Position numbers and translations under genes: made by a program. The notes beneath the pieces are model-generated. The model was not told where the DNA came from and ran no database searches. It saw only the letters and a list, made by a program, of their open reading frames with translations. From Selaginella moellendorffii (lineage: Eukaryota; Plantae; Lycopodiophyta): a stretch of DNA of 64,000 bases. The stretch lies in the NCBI RefSeq assembly GCF_000143415.4, contig NW_003314313.1, positions 895,430-959,429 of the forward strand, given 5' to 3'. Within the stretch, counting starts at the first letter, position 1. Each line of letters starts with the position of its first letter. Of the stretch, positions 1 through 12,370 are shown one piece after another.

Positions 1-13
1 GATCTCATCTCAG

Positions 14-306
14 GTTTTAAAGAAGCAGAGAACGCATGTTGTGGTGGTGGTCCATTTAACGCAGCAGAGTTTTGTGCTGATGTTGATAAACATGATTGGA
101 AGCCAGATCACAAGAACAAGTACCAACAATTTATATGTAGCAATCCAAAGGACTACCTATACTTTGATAGCAATCACTTCACTGAAGCTGGCAATTGGAT
201 GATGTTGAAAAACTTCTGGTATGGATCTTATGCTATAGCAAAGCCTAGTAGTCTTAGTTTCTTCCTCTCTAGATTTACAATCCCAAATCCACCACCAAAG
301 CCTTAG
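14..306 (+). CDS. GDSL esterase/lipase, last exon (gene starts upstream of window)
   Basis: Manual translation after CAG acceptor: GFKEAENACCGGGPFN...ICSNPKDYLYFDSNHFTEAGN...KP*; ACCG and block V DxxH motif of GDSL lipases. Confidence 0.85.
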
Positions 307-789
307 AAAGAGTTTAGTTTTTTATATTGCAAATAAATATAAATAGGTTTCTTCTTTGGTAAACTCTTTAAGTTTTACATGATTTTCAACAATGACTTAA
401 CCTCAAATTTTCTCCTAATTCGCATCTCTGGTTTAAAGTTTTCTCGCAAATTCAGTGGTTCTCTTAGTGCTAGCATCAACATCCAGAGCAAACTTGGAGG
501 ATTTATTCGAGCAGCTTCCCGGAACACCTTCAGGATTTTCATCCATGCGCTTCCTTGACTAAGAACTCCGCCAAGAGGAACGTTTGCAATCTCCTGGCAG
601 CGACAAGCAAGCAATCTCCCCTTAAATCGCAAAGCATCTCCTCCAATCTCGACAACTCCACTGCTCATAGCTTCACGAGGATGAAAACGGGCCATCTCTC
701 CCCCATCGAGAGATCCCCCGAGCTAGCAGAATAAAAAAGCCATTCGGGGGCGTGTAGTTCTCACTAGACATTAACTCTAGATATAGCAA

Positions 790-1030
790 CATGCGGACAC
801 GAACTTCTCCACATTCAGCCGCCTGTTCTCCATGACCAACATCACTGCTGAGATACGCTCCTTGCTCATCCCGGACAACTCTATCCTCGACAGCTAACGT
901 GGGGACCAACCTCGAGGCACGGGCTTGACATAAGAGATCATGGAGATGACCAATGGCTCGCAAAAGAGCTTCTCCCCGCTGCGAGATGATGGCGTACAGG
1001 GCCAAGATGAGCGACATGAGGTGATTGCCC
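790..1030 (+). pseudogene. Possible fasciclin-like arabinogalactan protein relic
   Basis: DTNFSTFSRLFSMTNITAEIRSLLIPDNSILDS* resembles the FLA FAS1 H1 region (FSTF..L..T...EI...TV..PDN); in-frame stops. Confidence 0.35.
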
Positions 1031-2156
1031 AGGCCGAAGGTGCATAGCGATTGAGCAGCGCTATAACAACAAACGCCACCTTAGTGTGTCATGAATTTCC
1101 CAAACCATCAACCACTAACCCTGCTTTTGGGGTGTTTAGCGTGTTGGGCTCAAAGATTTCCAATAGAAATTTGACTTTAGGGAAGGAGTGCTTGCATTAA
1201 GATCTCCCCAAGAAAAAGAGATTTGCAACAAGAGAGTGTAGGCCAAGGCAAACGACACAACTCCAGGTGGAAATAGAAAAACTAGGATGCACAGGTTTCA
1301 AAACTCTTTTATCGCAGGAACCCTGAAAAGTTGGTGTGTAGCACCTCAACACAGATCAAGCTGGTGCAGCGTCTGCCACGAAAGGCATGCACTCGCCCGC
1401 GCAAGCTGAGCCAATGCATCGATCAAACACACGTAGTGCTCCAGGCTCGCAGCACCTCCAGCAAAATCCCTCCCCCGCAACTGCGGCAAAGAGTGCCACC
1501 GCATGGACATAATGCACAGCTTGCCTGCAAGCGGCCAGGAGAGACACGAAGGTCTGCCTAGATCCCTTGCAGCTGCATCATGCCGAAGAGCTGCAAAGTC
1601 TGCCCCAGCGCTGCTGTAGTGAACAGGCTGAGGCATAGGCAGAGATGAGCGTGCTCCCAAGTGGCAAAGTGCCGCGAGATGACCTGGCAAATCTTAAAAC
1701 CAAGAAGCAACGGTCTTTAGTTTTTTCCATCCTGCATGAGCTGTGAACTGGATCAAAACAGTGTAAAGACGCAAAACCTGTTTCATGGTTTTGAGGCTGA
1801 CGAAGCTCCCCTTCGAATGTGCTTGCAAGAAGTGCCAGCTGGAGCGGCGGCTCGACGCGGGCCTTTTTTTGGGAATTTTTTAGCATATGGACCTGCTGGT
1901 TATGCTATCTTCATCGCTAACTTTGAGTTCCGGTTGAAGGGAGGGACAGATGTCTCCAGGATGGTGGCGAAGCTGGAGCAAGTGTTGGCGACGAAGCTCC
2001 AGGACGAGGAGGAGAGGCAGTGCATGAGAGCAATCCATTAGTCGGCTTATCTCATTACTACCAGCAGGTCGAGATTGGAAGGATGTGGCGATTATTCTGG
2101 CGGGCGAGGTGCAATGCACAGGTCCACAGGGGGAACGAGGGGAGCAAAGGGAGCCT

Positions 2157-4620
2157 TCAGATGATGGCCGGGTACGCACAGGACACGGAAGTAGCGAGGA
2201 GGATGATGGAGGAGTGGAAGGTGAAGTTTGGGAGCCATAAAGATCTCTGCTGATGGGAGTTCTTTTGTGTTCTTCTTGACACAGTTAAGTGAAATTCCAC
2301 TTGACTTCGCAGAATCCGTGACTGCTCCTCCCATAATCCGACGCTGGAGAGATGTGGAGACTCGTGAAGATTGACGACAGAGACAAGGCAGCGTACTCTC
2401 TCATGTCTTGGGACGTCCGGCAAGCGGCCAGGAGTCGCTTCCGACCCCATGCTAGTCACCATTGCCAGTGCGTTGCTAAGCTGGTTGGCCCGGCCGAGCA
2501 TGTCTACCACGCACGCCTTGTGCTCACACCTCGGACTCACTCCATACTTGGAGAGCATTGCGTCAAAGTACCTCCTGCCTCTAGTCACCATGCCGGCGTG
2601 GCTGCACGCAGCGAGGAGCGTCACACTGTCCGGCTCAACGCCTTCGTCGTCCACAGCCCGGTGAAACACATCGAGGACCTTCTCAGCGTCGCCCTGGCGG
2701 CTGTATCCAGCTGCGAGAGCGTTCCATGCTACCAGATCTGGAGTTTGAGCTGCGTCAAACGCCTGCTGTGCGTCGATCATACTTCCGGCTTTTCCAAACA
2801 CGTCCACCATGCTGTTGGAGAGCATAGTGTCTTTCTCGCTCCATATCTGTATACTTCCCCAACGATGGCTTTAGTGACTTCCAGCGATCCCTCAGAAGAT
2901 CTTCCCTTGAGCACGGGGACGAAGACCCGGGCATCTAGAGCACAGAAAGCCGGACCGAGTTTCAGTTTCATTCCCGCAAAGAGTTCCAGAAATTTTCTCC
3001 ATCACCAGAGTCCGCGTACCACATGTCCACGAGACTATACCACGGTGTGGCATCCCGTCGAAAACTCCCTGAAAACTCCCACACTTGCATACATCTCCAT
3101 CAAACTACTGGCCAAAACGAAGTCCCAATCCCTTTCTCCAGCGACGACTCTTTGACAGCCTTTCCATCCACCTGAGTGGACTCTTCCATTGCAGCGGCGC
3201 GCATGCAAGCCTTGTGTGCCGCTGTGACGATGCTCGAAGACGTGAGCTCAGGAACCTCTCCGCAATGATCAACACAGGCCAGAACCAGCGAAGTCCACGA
3301 CATGACGTCGTGGGAGCACATCTGGTCGAAAACTCCTCGAGCATTCAGCTAAGGTGCTAGCCTTAGTCGACGATCACATCCGTCATACAGTATTGTCTCA
3401 AATCTTCATGAACTGCCAGTGTTCTCTCCAAGCTTGACCAGTTTTCCATTAACTTCCACGGCCCCTTCCTTGGCCGCCAAGCCGTGACAGGCCTTCGACG
3501 CAGTAACTGAAAGGGCCACTGTTTTCCATCTGAGAAAACAAATCCAAAACTACCTCTGCTTGCGATCTCCACGTATCCCAGCATGGGCACCGTCCGGCTG
3601 TGGCAAATCATGCTCCTAAAAACTCTGTCAGCCTCCACCATGCTTCCACACTTGGCATACACGTCTACGAGAGTGTTCGCGAAAAACTCGTCCCTCTGGT
3701 ATCCTTTCTCCGCAGCTTGGATGTGAATTGCCATCCCTTTCTCCAGAGGATCCGCTTTCACCATCTTCCCTTTGATGCTTGTGGCTTCTTCTGTCACTGC
3801 TAGTCCAATGCAGGCCTTCAAAGTGTCGACAAACGTCAAGGCATCCGCTGTAGTAGCGCTCCCAAAGCTTTCCAGTCCCACCACTAGCGTGTTCCATGAT
3901 ACCACACTGTGGCAAGGCATCCTGTCGAAAACTCCTCGGGCATCTGTTTTGGCAAACATATCGTTTCCAACGAAAACATCCACGCCCACTTTCATAGCCG
4001 TTCCATCCAAAGCTTCTCCCCACTTTTCTCTCCCAAAGCATCGAGCATCCGGCTTGATCTCTCCAGCTTCTATGCTATCGAAAAACTCGAGAGCTAGCTC
4101 ACTCTCCCCGTCTTCTACGTACCCGAGCACTATAACAATCCACGAGATCACACTGTGCCGGGAGCTTGGCGTACATTTCCACCAGCGAGCTCGCTACGCA
4201 GCTCGAGAGTGGATTCTTGTGCTTTGTTGTAGAGCTTTCAGCTCACCGATGAGTCTCGCTTCTTCTCTGACCGCTAGAGCCGAGCAAGCCTTGACCACCG
4301 CGAAGAAAGTAACGGAATCCGGTGCGCAGCCTTGGCTTTCCATCCATGAGAATGTGGCCCAAGATCCAGGCCACTACATTGTGGAAAGGCATCCTGTCAA
4401 ACCCGGGTCTTCTACTTCCGGTCCACCTCTACACTTACCTGATAATCTACATTTACCTCATAACCAATTCCTCGGCAATCGGGTTTGCATTATTTTATTA
4501 TCAAACCTTCTACAGTTCCTCCCTCGCAATCCCGATTCTAAGACGATGGGCTCGGATAAATCCACGCCTTGGGTGGCGAGCAAAGCCCTCAAAGAGCACC
4601 GTCCAGGCTTCAAGATTGTT
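2157..4620 (-). pseudogene. PLS-class pentatricopeptide repeat (PPR) pseudogene
   Basis: Fragments in several frames: NSMVDVFGKAGSMIDAQQAFD..DLVAWNAL, LLAACSHAGMV..GRRYF, ACVVDMLGRA, ANTLVDVYAKCGSMVEADRVF; many frameshifts. Confidence 0.85.
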
Positions 4621-4959
4621 AGTAAGCTAGCCACCACAAACTGCGTTGTAATTTGCTTTTTGATTTGGAGTGGCCAGTTCTCTTCTTTGCTTTCATGGAC
4701 TCAAGCTCGAAGAGAAAAAAAATCTGGATCAGCTACTAGCTAAAGACGACATCCAGTCGATTACACAGCAGCCAGTTTCAAGTCCTCAGCGCCACCGTCT
4801 CAAAGCCCTGCGATCGAGTGACAAAAGACGTCCTCTTTGATAAGAACCGCGAGACAACCGCACCAGCTGCTGGCAGACGATCCACGGAGCTCCCACTTTC
4901 TTGGACCCAAAGTCCATTTGCTGGAGCAACGCAAGCATCATGACGAAGGGATTAGCAAA

Positions 4960-5330
4960 GCAAAAGTTCCAAGGAAAAGCTCTTGAGCAAGATAGTTTAT
5001 ACGGCCACCAACATGATCGTTCTTTGTGAAGGTCAAATTTCTCGTTGGACGTAGCATGACTTCCATCTGGAAAAGTATAATAGAAACGAGAAGATGAGAG
5101 AAGGCATATTTCTTTCTCTGTGAACTCACCCAGGCTGACGACTCGTCTTGAAGTTTTGATCGCTGAATCCAATCGAGATCACTCCTCTTTGTCCTCGATC
5201 GCACACGGCCATCTCAAAGCAGTAGCGAAGCCTTCTGGATGGATCCAGCATATTTCCTGGACGTCCCCACTCGCTTCAATGCCCCAGTTGCTGTAGACTC
5301 TCGGCCTTCGACATAGACATTGGTCCTGCA
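4960..5330 (-). pseudogene. RanBPM-like SPRY-domain gene relic
   Basis: YCFEMAVCDRGQRGVISIGFSDQNFKTSRQPG (5130-5227), an intron, then TFTKNDHVGGRINYLAQELF; matches plant RanBPM SPRY motifs; frame broken. Confidence 0.65.
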
Positions 5331-6642
5331 ACAAGCCGATACAAAGTTAGGTTCAGGGAAAAACGAAAACTCTCGATCTCTCAGGGAAAAACGAAAAGAT
5401 GAGCAAGACTAAAGATGGAACGAAAACTGACCCTTTTGGTGAGCTTTCTGGAAAGCCCCAGCGTGAAGACGCAAACTCATTGCCACTGCGTGCTCCGCAT
5501 AAGTTTTCCAATGCTCTCCTTCAAGCTGCTTCCTGTTGTTCCAAAGTTCGCCAGTGGAATGATATTGGTGGCAAAAATCCTCTCCACTGGTTTCTGTCCC
5601 ACCGATCCAAACAAGATCCCCAAGGAAAACAAGAAGAGAAAAAAGCATTGAGAACGATTCATCAAATCAAGCAAAAGACGAGAATCACACACTACCTCGT
5701 AAATGCCGGGCCTTGTTCATGTATTTGGTGTGGTTCATCCTCGCCCGTCTCCGCGGCTGTCTCAAATCTCCTCGTCATGATCCCTTCCAGTTTGGTGCAA
5801 TGAGCGAGCCCAGAAACTGTAGCTCTGCTTCTGGCGCCCAAGAATCTAGCAGCTAGATGGCAAACCTCGATTCCGGAGCGCGCGCCATAGCTGCTCTTTT
5901 AGGGCTCTTCGCGAGGTGGATATTCCACAGATAATTTTGAGATTTCCCGCCCTGCCAGAAAGCCCTAAAATATAAAAACGTTTAAGAAGGTTTATACGGA
6001 CGCAAGCGCACTCAAGGCGATCCTTCTGCTTTGCAGCAGTGATTCTTTCTCTGCTGCAATCCTGTGTGAGTGGTGGTAGTACACTGGCGCGTTCTTCAGG
6101 TGGTGACGTGATCGCGGCATTATTGAGCGTGACAAAGGTGTGTTCTGCTTGATCTTTGATTTCTGGCCCCCCTCTCGCTGCTTAAACTCTGTCCGAGCCA
6201 GGTTCATTGATCGCGTCGCGGGGCGAGTCACTAGTGCCACTACTGCGCTCAAGCGGGTCCTTGGAGCTCGGCTCCCACGGCTTGTACTCGGCCCCTCGGT
6301 TCCTCTTCCGTGGAGATCCTTCGCAAGACCTTTCATACCTTTAGTGCCGTGGGAGTTTTTTATTCAGTCATGCGAAGCACAAGCACGCAACCACTTCCGA
6401 GGTACTTCTTTTCTTCTTTGCTTGCTTTTCTCTGCCTTTAGCTTCTTGTTGTCGTTGTTGTTAACTTACACTGCTCGTGGATTCGGTCGTTGTAGTGCTA
6501 CAGCTGTTTTCCAGATTTTACTGCTTGCATAGAAGTGGGATCTTTCTTTTGTCTTTCTGATTTAATTTCTCGATATCGATCATACTTCTTGTTGAAACTA
6601 TAGTCATCTGTGTTGGTTTCTACGGATCTGAAAACTCAGAAG

Positions 6643-8463
6643 ATGTTGAGCTCTAAGTTTTCTGTCCCAATGCTGCCTCTTGCTGCTGCGTTGCTCCTTT
6701 GGGTTCTCGCGACTAATGCCGTGCTTGCAGCTCCCCTTTCTCCAGTTCGCTGCGATGTTGCGACGGGGGCGTGCATGGTTTTCAACGCATATGGAACTTG
6801 GCCGGACAGGAGCTTTTGCAAGGTAGGGGAAGAAGCGTTCCCCTCCACGGAGCAGGAGCTGGTTGATATAGTCGCACATGGTGTGAAGAACAGGATGAAG
6901 ATGAAGGTTGTGAGTAATTCAGCTCACAGCTTTCCCAAGTTCGCGTGTCCTGGAGGGACTTCTGGCCTTGTAATCAGCACGGCAAAATACTCCAGCAGGG
7001 TAGTGATAAACGCGAGCTCCATGACTGTAACGGCAGACAGTGGTGTAGAGCTCTCAAGACTTTTACAGGAGATCGGAAGTCATGGCCTGGCTCTTCCTTC
7101 GTCGCCTTATTGGAACGGGATTTCGCTGGGAGGGCTGTTAAGCACAGGGTCTCATGGAAGCTCCTTGATGGGGAAAGGAAGTGCTGTCCACGAGTATGTG
7201 AAAGCGATGACGATGGTCGTTCCAGCCACAGAGCAGGAAGGGTTTGCGAAAATTGTCAAGATCACTGACCAGGACGAAGACTTTATGAATGCTGCCAAGG
7301 TCTCACTCGGAGTTCTGGGGGTGATATCACAGGTGACTTTGTCACTGCAGCCGATATTCAAGAGATCAGTGACAAAGTTTGAGGCATCCGACGTAAATCT
7401 GGAGAAAGAGATTCTAGAGTTTGGGAAGAACCACGAGTTTGGAGACGTCTCCTGGTATCCATCGAAGTACAAAGTCATCTACAGAGCAGACGACCGTGTT
7501 CCTGTGAGTACCAGCGGAGACGGTGTGAACGATTTCACTGGATTTCAACCGACGCTTGCCACTGCAGTTGAAGCTCAAAGAATTCTAGGTACGTACTGTT
7601 TCTGTTTGATCAAACAGTAGCGACTCAATGTTCTTTTCTTTACAGAGGAAGGTTTCGAGATATCAGGTGACCACACTGGGAAGTGTGCCACTGGATTGGT
7701 GCAAACTCAAGCACTTTTCGCTACAGGGGAAGGCTTCAAGAGCTCAGGTGGAGTTTTCACTGGCTACCCGGTCGTTGGTTTCCAGCACAAGATCCAGTCC
7801 TCTGGCGGCTGCCAAGCCTCACTCTCTCAACAACTCGTCTGTCCATGGGATCCCACAGTGAGAGGCCTGTTTTACCATCAGACCACCGTCTCCATATCGG
7901 TGGACAAGATCCAGGAATTCATTACCGACGTCAAGACACTTCGAGCTCTAAATCCCGCCGCTCTGTGTGGAGTGGACCTCTACAATGGCTTCCTCATGCG
8001 CTATGTCCGAGCTTCATCTGCATATCTGGGAAAGCAATCCGACGCAGTGGACGTGGACATAACTTACTACCGAGCTCGCAGTGGAAACACTCCCAGGCTG
8101 AACGAGGACGTCCTGGAAGAGGTGGAACAGATGGCTTTGTTCAAGTATGGAGGTCTCCCGCACTGGGGGAAGAACAGGAACATCGCGTTTGGGACTCACA
8201 CGGCTGCCAAATATCCCAAGCTGCAAAAGTTCCTGGTGGTGAAGAGCAAGTTTGATCCGGATGGTTTCTTCTCGAGCGAGTGGTCCGATTTTGCGCTTGG
8301 AATCTCTGGTGGAAGTAGTAATCTTCCACACTGTGCTCTCGAGGGTGAGTGTGTTTGCTCGCTCGACTCTCACTGTGCTCCCGAGAACTATTACTTTTGT
8401 AGGCCAGGGAGAGTTTACACGGATGCGCAGGTTTGCCGCTTTGTCCCGCCTGGGACCGCCTGA
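6643..8463 (+). CDS. L-gulonolactone oxidase-like FAD oxidoreductase (GulLO), secreted; intron 7589-7645
   Basis: Signal peptide, NAYGTWPDRSFC, HSFPKFACP, GLLSTGSHGSS, GLPHWGKNRN, Cys-rich C-terminus CALEGECVCSLDSHCAP; GT-AG intron joins ORFs 6610 and 7696. Confidence 0.92.
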
Positions 8464-8539
8464 AAGAATCGTTGGTATATTCCAATCCTGCCAGGATCAA
8501 TGACGATCTTATCGGTGACCCTCCAAGTTTATGACCTGT

Positions 8540-9600
8540 GAATTTAAATCGCTACGCCCTGTCTCCGGCAGTGGCGTTGATTGTGCCGGACCATGAATCC
8601 ACTAAGCCACGTAACCGAGAAGGATTACTTGCATCCTGTGATGAGTCTATTCAAGCAAGATCGCGCAATTTAGGTAAAAGGAATCTTTCTCAGTCTGTAA
8701 GGTTCCGAGGAAGAAAGAGAGCGTCTAACCAAGAGCTTGAGCTGCTAGCTGCTGAAAGTTGAAGAGCAGGATGGAAAATCATGAAGTACTCTTCCCCTTG
8801 CCTGTAATCGGGCATATTCAACTTGGAGCTCGTCTTATCTCGCATGGCCTCGCAGTGACTTTTGTTACCACCAATAAGCGATACTATGGACGACGCCGCA
8901 GATGTTTTCAGGCTCGCAATCAATCCTAAAGATGCCAACAACACTGGGTCTGGGACGCAGTTCTTCTCATGTTCAAGCTTCGTGGCGAATTTGAGAGGTT
9001 GCCTGTAGATCATGGTTGTTGCCTGAACGCTGATTTTATCAGGGAGTGTGGCATGGTTTGGGATCCCGAAAGCCTCCTTCTGGACGTCATCTGCTACATT
9101 TCTGTTGTGCTTGTACCAGTCGCAGGAATTGCTTGACAAGTACGATTCACGTTTTTCCTGCTTCCGGAGTTCGCGTTTGTGCATACCAGCTGAAACGGCA
9201 GATGAGTTTGTTTCTTGCTTCGAGGGGCTTCCAAAGCTGCGGGCCCGTTTTCCACGTGGAGAGATCCTGGACGGCAAGGTATTCTGATGAACACATTCAG
9301 CGAGCTGGAAGCGGAAGCTGAAGCTGTGGAAGTTATCCACAAAATGGTAAAACATTTCGTCGCTGCTGCCCTCAGCTTTGAGCTCAGCCGGTGGCGAAGT
9401 TCTTAAAAATGGCTCGACAGCGTCGCATTCGGCACACTGGCTGGTTTGCAATCCATGCTTGAGGAGCTTGCAAAAGGCAGCCAGTAGAATTTCATATGGG
9501 TGTTCAGAAGCAATCTTGTGCAGAACAAACAAGAGGTGTGATGAACAGTTTAAGCACCTTAAATTTCTCCTAATATATTTTGCCACCCTCTTCAAGCTTT
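8540..9600 (+). pseudogene. UDP-glycosyltransferase pseudogene fragment
   Basis: FGIPKASFWTSSAT and GILMNTFSELEAE motifs typical of plant UGT N-terminal/middle regions, in different frames with stops. Confidence 0.6.
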
Positions 9601-9709
9601 ATTAGGGTTCATTTTCAAATCGGAGTCTAATGGAGATGAAGCCGCTTTTGTAAGTGAACCGGCTTTGAGAAGATCAGGGGCGGCGGAAAGCAGCAGCAAG
9701 AAGCGGAGG

Positions 9710-11419
9710 ATGGCTTGGGCCGCGACCAAGAGGTTTGCGGAGGGTAATGGTGTTGATAGGGAGAGGAACTACTACATCCCGCCGGATGGGGATGCTCAGG
9801 AGCTAATAGATGGGCTGTCCAGTGGGGAGTATGTGGTTCTATATGGTGCCAGGCAGACAGGAAAGACGTCCATGGCTTTCTACAGCATCGAGATTCTCGC
9901 GTCCAGGGGTTTCACTTGCATTTACATCGATTTTCCTGCACAGTCTTCCACCTTGTCCTCGCTGGACGATTTCTGGAAGCTCTTTACACAGCGGGTCTAC
10001 GAGTCGAGTGGTGACGCGCTTCCCGCACCAGACTTTTCTGGCGTTGACAGCGAGGCCTACCTCCGCAGGTTGCTTGCGGGTGGCAATAAGGATATCATTC
10101 TAGTCGTTGATGAGGCCAACCATCTATCCCGCATCCCGAACACTTACAAGGTCTCCTTCCTTAACAACCTACGGCATCTCAAGCAGCTAGGGAGGAGTCG
10201 CCTGTTGTCGCTCTTGTTCGTTGGCACTGCTTCACTTCTAGACGACCTGATGATCGCGAACAAGTACAGGAAATGGCTCGACATAAAGCCGTCATTTTCT
10301 GGCAACGTGTATTCACCCTTCTCCACCGACGGCTTGTACACATCTAAGAACTTCACAAAGGAGGAAGTATGGGAGCTCATCTCGCAGTTTGTGGCTCACA
10401 AGAAGGTGGAGGTGGAGAGGGATGTATCCGACAGCATCTTCAGGATCACAGGGGGGCGAAAGGGGCTCGTTGGTGTTTGTTGCGCGCTACTGGCAGGAGA
10501 CAAAAGCATGCGAGACTTTGGGCACAGGAACTTGGGGATGTGGAGCAACTTCAAAAAGGTGCACCTGATAGAGAATGTTTTTGCAAGGCCGACGTACAAC
10601 GCCATGTGGGAGAACTGCTACGCACTGCAAGGAGACAAGAAGCAACTCTTGCTCAACATGCTGCAGAAGGGCGGCAAGCTTGAGCTCCAGTGGGAGGACC
10701 GGCATTTACTCGGAACGGTCAACTTTTTGGTGGCGGAAGGAATCCTAGTGGACTCCGGCGACAGGGATGGGTTCTCTGTGCTGCACTTTTCGTCTGAGCT
10801 GCTGCACTCTTTGCTGCTGAAGCAGATTTGCATAGAGGAAGATGATCTTCTAGTGAAGACAGGTCCCTTGCCTTTCAACAGGCTGTGGGTCATCCAAAGA
10901 ACTATAATGTTGCTGGACCTGGATATTCTCCTGCAGGAGGAGTCGTGCAATGTGGATGGGAACACGTCAGAGTATGGCCTGCAATTTGAGTTCTTTGTCA
11001 AGTTGAAGAAGGTGCTGAAGCTGGGTTACCCGTATCTCAAGTGGAAGGTCATTCCAGAGGCCACGCATGAAGAGAATTGGAGGCGGAGGCTGGACATACT
11101 CGCCAAAGACGGGGACATAGGCTGGTTTGGCTTTGAAATTCTCAGGCAAGGTTCCATGGATGACCTGATCGAACACTATAACCGAGCCAAATGGTACGCA
11201 GATGTGCATTCCTGTGTTGTGTATATGATCAATTTCGTGTTGGAGGGGGAGGGGGTTGAATTCAAGGGGGAACCGGGGGGTCCAGTCACAGTTTACAACG
11301 TTTACATCCGCGGCACTGAAGCAAACATGGTTGGAGGCTGGTATGCTGATGCTGGCCAGCTGGACGTCAACCTGCATCTTGCTAACGTCAGATCGACACT
11401 CACCTGGGCTTTTGACTAG
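9710..11419 (+). CDS. Intronless P-loop (AAA/STAND-like) ATPase with C-terminal PD-(D/E)xK restriction-endonuclease-like domain (CR/Crinkler-like)
   Basis: Walker A YGARQTGKTS, Walker B IILVVDEAN, FTKEEV..L..Q and ITGGRKGLV helical region; C-terminal SEYGLQFEFF..VIPEA..RLDIL..GFEI. Confidence 0.75.
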   Translation: MAWAATKRFAEGNGVDRERNYYIPPDGDAQELIDGLSSGEYVVLYGARQTGKTSMAFYSIEILASRGFTCIYIDFPAQSSTLSSLDDFWKLFTQRVYESSGDALPAPDFSGVDSEAYLRRLLAGGNKDIILVVDEANHLSRIPNTYKVSFLNNLRHLKQLGRSRLLSLLFVGTASLLDDLMIANKYRKWLDIKPSFSGNVYSPFSTDGLYTSKNFTKEEVWELISQFVAHKKVEVERDVSDSIFRITGGRKGLVGVCCALLAGDKSMRDFGHRNLGMWSNFKKVHLIENVFARPTYNAMWENCYALQGDKKQLLLNMLQKGGKLELQWEDRHLLGTVNFLVAEGILVDSGDRDGFSVLHFSSELLHSLLLKQICIEEDDLLVKTGPLPFNRLWVIQRTIMLLDLDILLQEESCNVDGNTSEYGLQFEFFVKLKKVLKLGYPYLKWKVIPEATHEENWRRRLDILAKDGDIGWFGFEILRQGSMDDLIEHYNRAKWYADVHSCVVYMINFVLEGEGVEFKGEPGGPVTVYNVYIRGTEANMVGGWYADAGQLDVNLHLANVRSTLTWAFD

Positions 11420-11989
11420 TCTCAGGATGCTCAGCGTTTAGGCAAATTCTGAGAAGCCCAAACTCCAAGTGGAACGGAATACGTGCATCCAATCTTGTAA
11501 CCCAGAATCATCGAACTTAGAGCAGCATATTTGTTGCGCGCTGTTGGCAGGAGACAAAAGCATGCGAGACTTTGGGCACAGGAACTTGGGGAGTTCGATG
11601 TTGAGCTGAAATTACACTAAAATTTACTTTTTGAAGTAGTTTTTATTTCAAAAAGTAATTGATTTTCATTTTAAAATTTTATTACAACCACTGTAGCATG
11701 CAGATAAAATAAATGAATTAGTAAAATAATCCTGATTAGTTCAGCCTAGGAGTCAATGCATAGGAAAAGAAAAATTCAACTTTGACAAGCTAGCTGCATA
11801 ATGGCAGATTATTTGCCCAGGGCTACAAATCAATCCAAGAATACTGTTACCACATTATTTTGCCCTTCTCATGTCATTTCCTCTTGACAAGGATCAGATT
11901 TATGTTAAAAGTGGACCTCTGCAATGGCTTCCTCATGCACTATGGCCTGCATATCTGGGAAAGAAATCCGACACAGTGCCACCCTATGG

Positions 11990-12260
11990 CAAGATCCCCA
12001 AGACTGTCACACACCGGTAAGAAGATGACCACATCTAGCTCCAGATCGATGGTATCCAAGAGCTCCAACACCAATATCCAGTCCAGCCTCTGGCATATGC
12101 CACTAGAACTACATTCCAGAACACCACATTCTTTCCCTGGCTCTGATCGAATGCCTTCTTGGCCTCGTAGATCCTTTTGCTCATGGGCTGTGTGAGCACA
12201 GCAGTCACACTACCGGAGCGAAGCTCAACAACACTCCTCCAAACAGCTTGGGGCATGTCA
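11990..12260 (-). pseudogene. PPR gene fragment
   Basis: RIYEAKKAFDQSQGKNVVFWNVVLVAYA PLS-PPR-like motif, broken frame. Confidence 0.55.
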
Positions 12261-12370
12261 AAGGGGGAAAAAAAGGATTCAAGAGAGGGGAAGCTTGCAA
12301 CCGATTTGCAACATATTATTGTATAAACTTCCTACAAAATTTCTAGATAACTTTCTTGAGATATCTGAAA

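Noticed and set aside
1085-1259. Possible solo LTR or MITE (tgtgtc...gacaca)
   Set aside because: Only a 6-bp inverted match and no target-site duplication
1331-2253. Short ORFs with faint PPR-like words
   Set aside because: No family could be supported from the sequence
2352-3155. 267-aa plus-strand ORF
   Set aside because: Antisense shadow of PPR sequence
3772-4743. 323-aa plus-strand ORF
   Set aside because: Antisense shadow of the PPR pseudogene
8690-9595. 301-aa minus-strand ORF
   Set aside because: No recognisable motifs; the opposite strand carries UGT pseudogene motifs, so it is probably a shadow ORF
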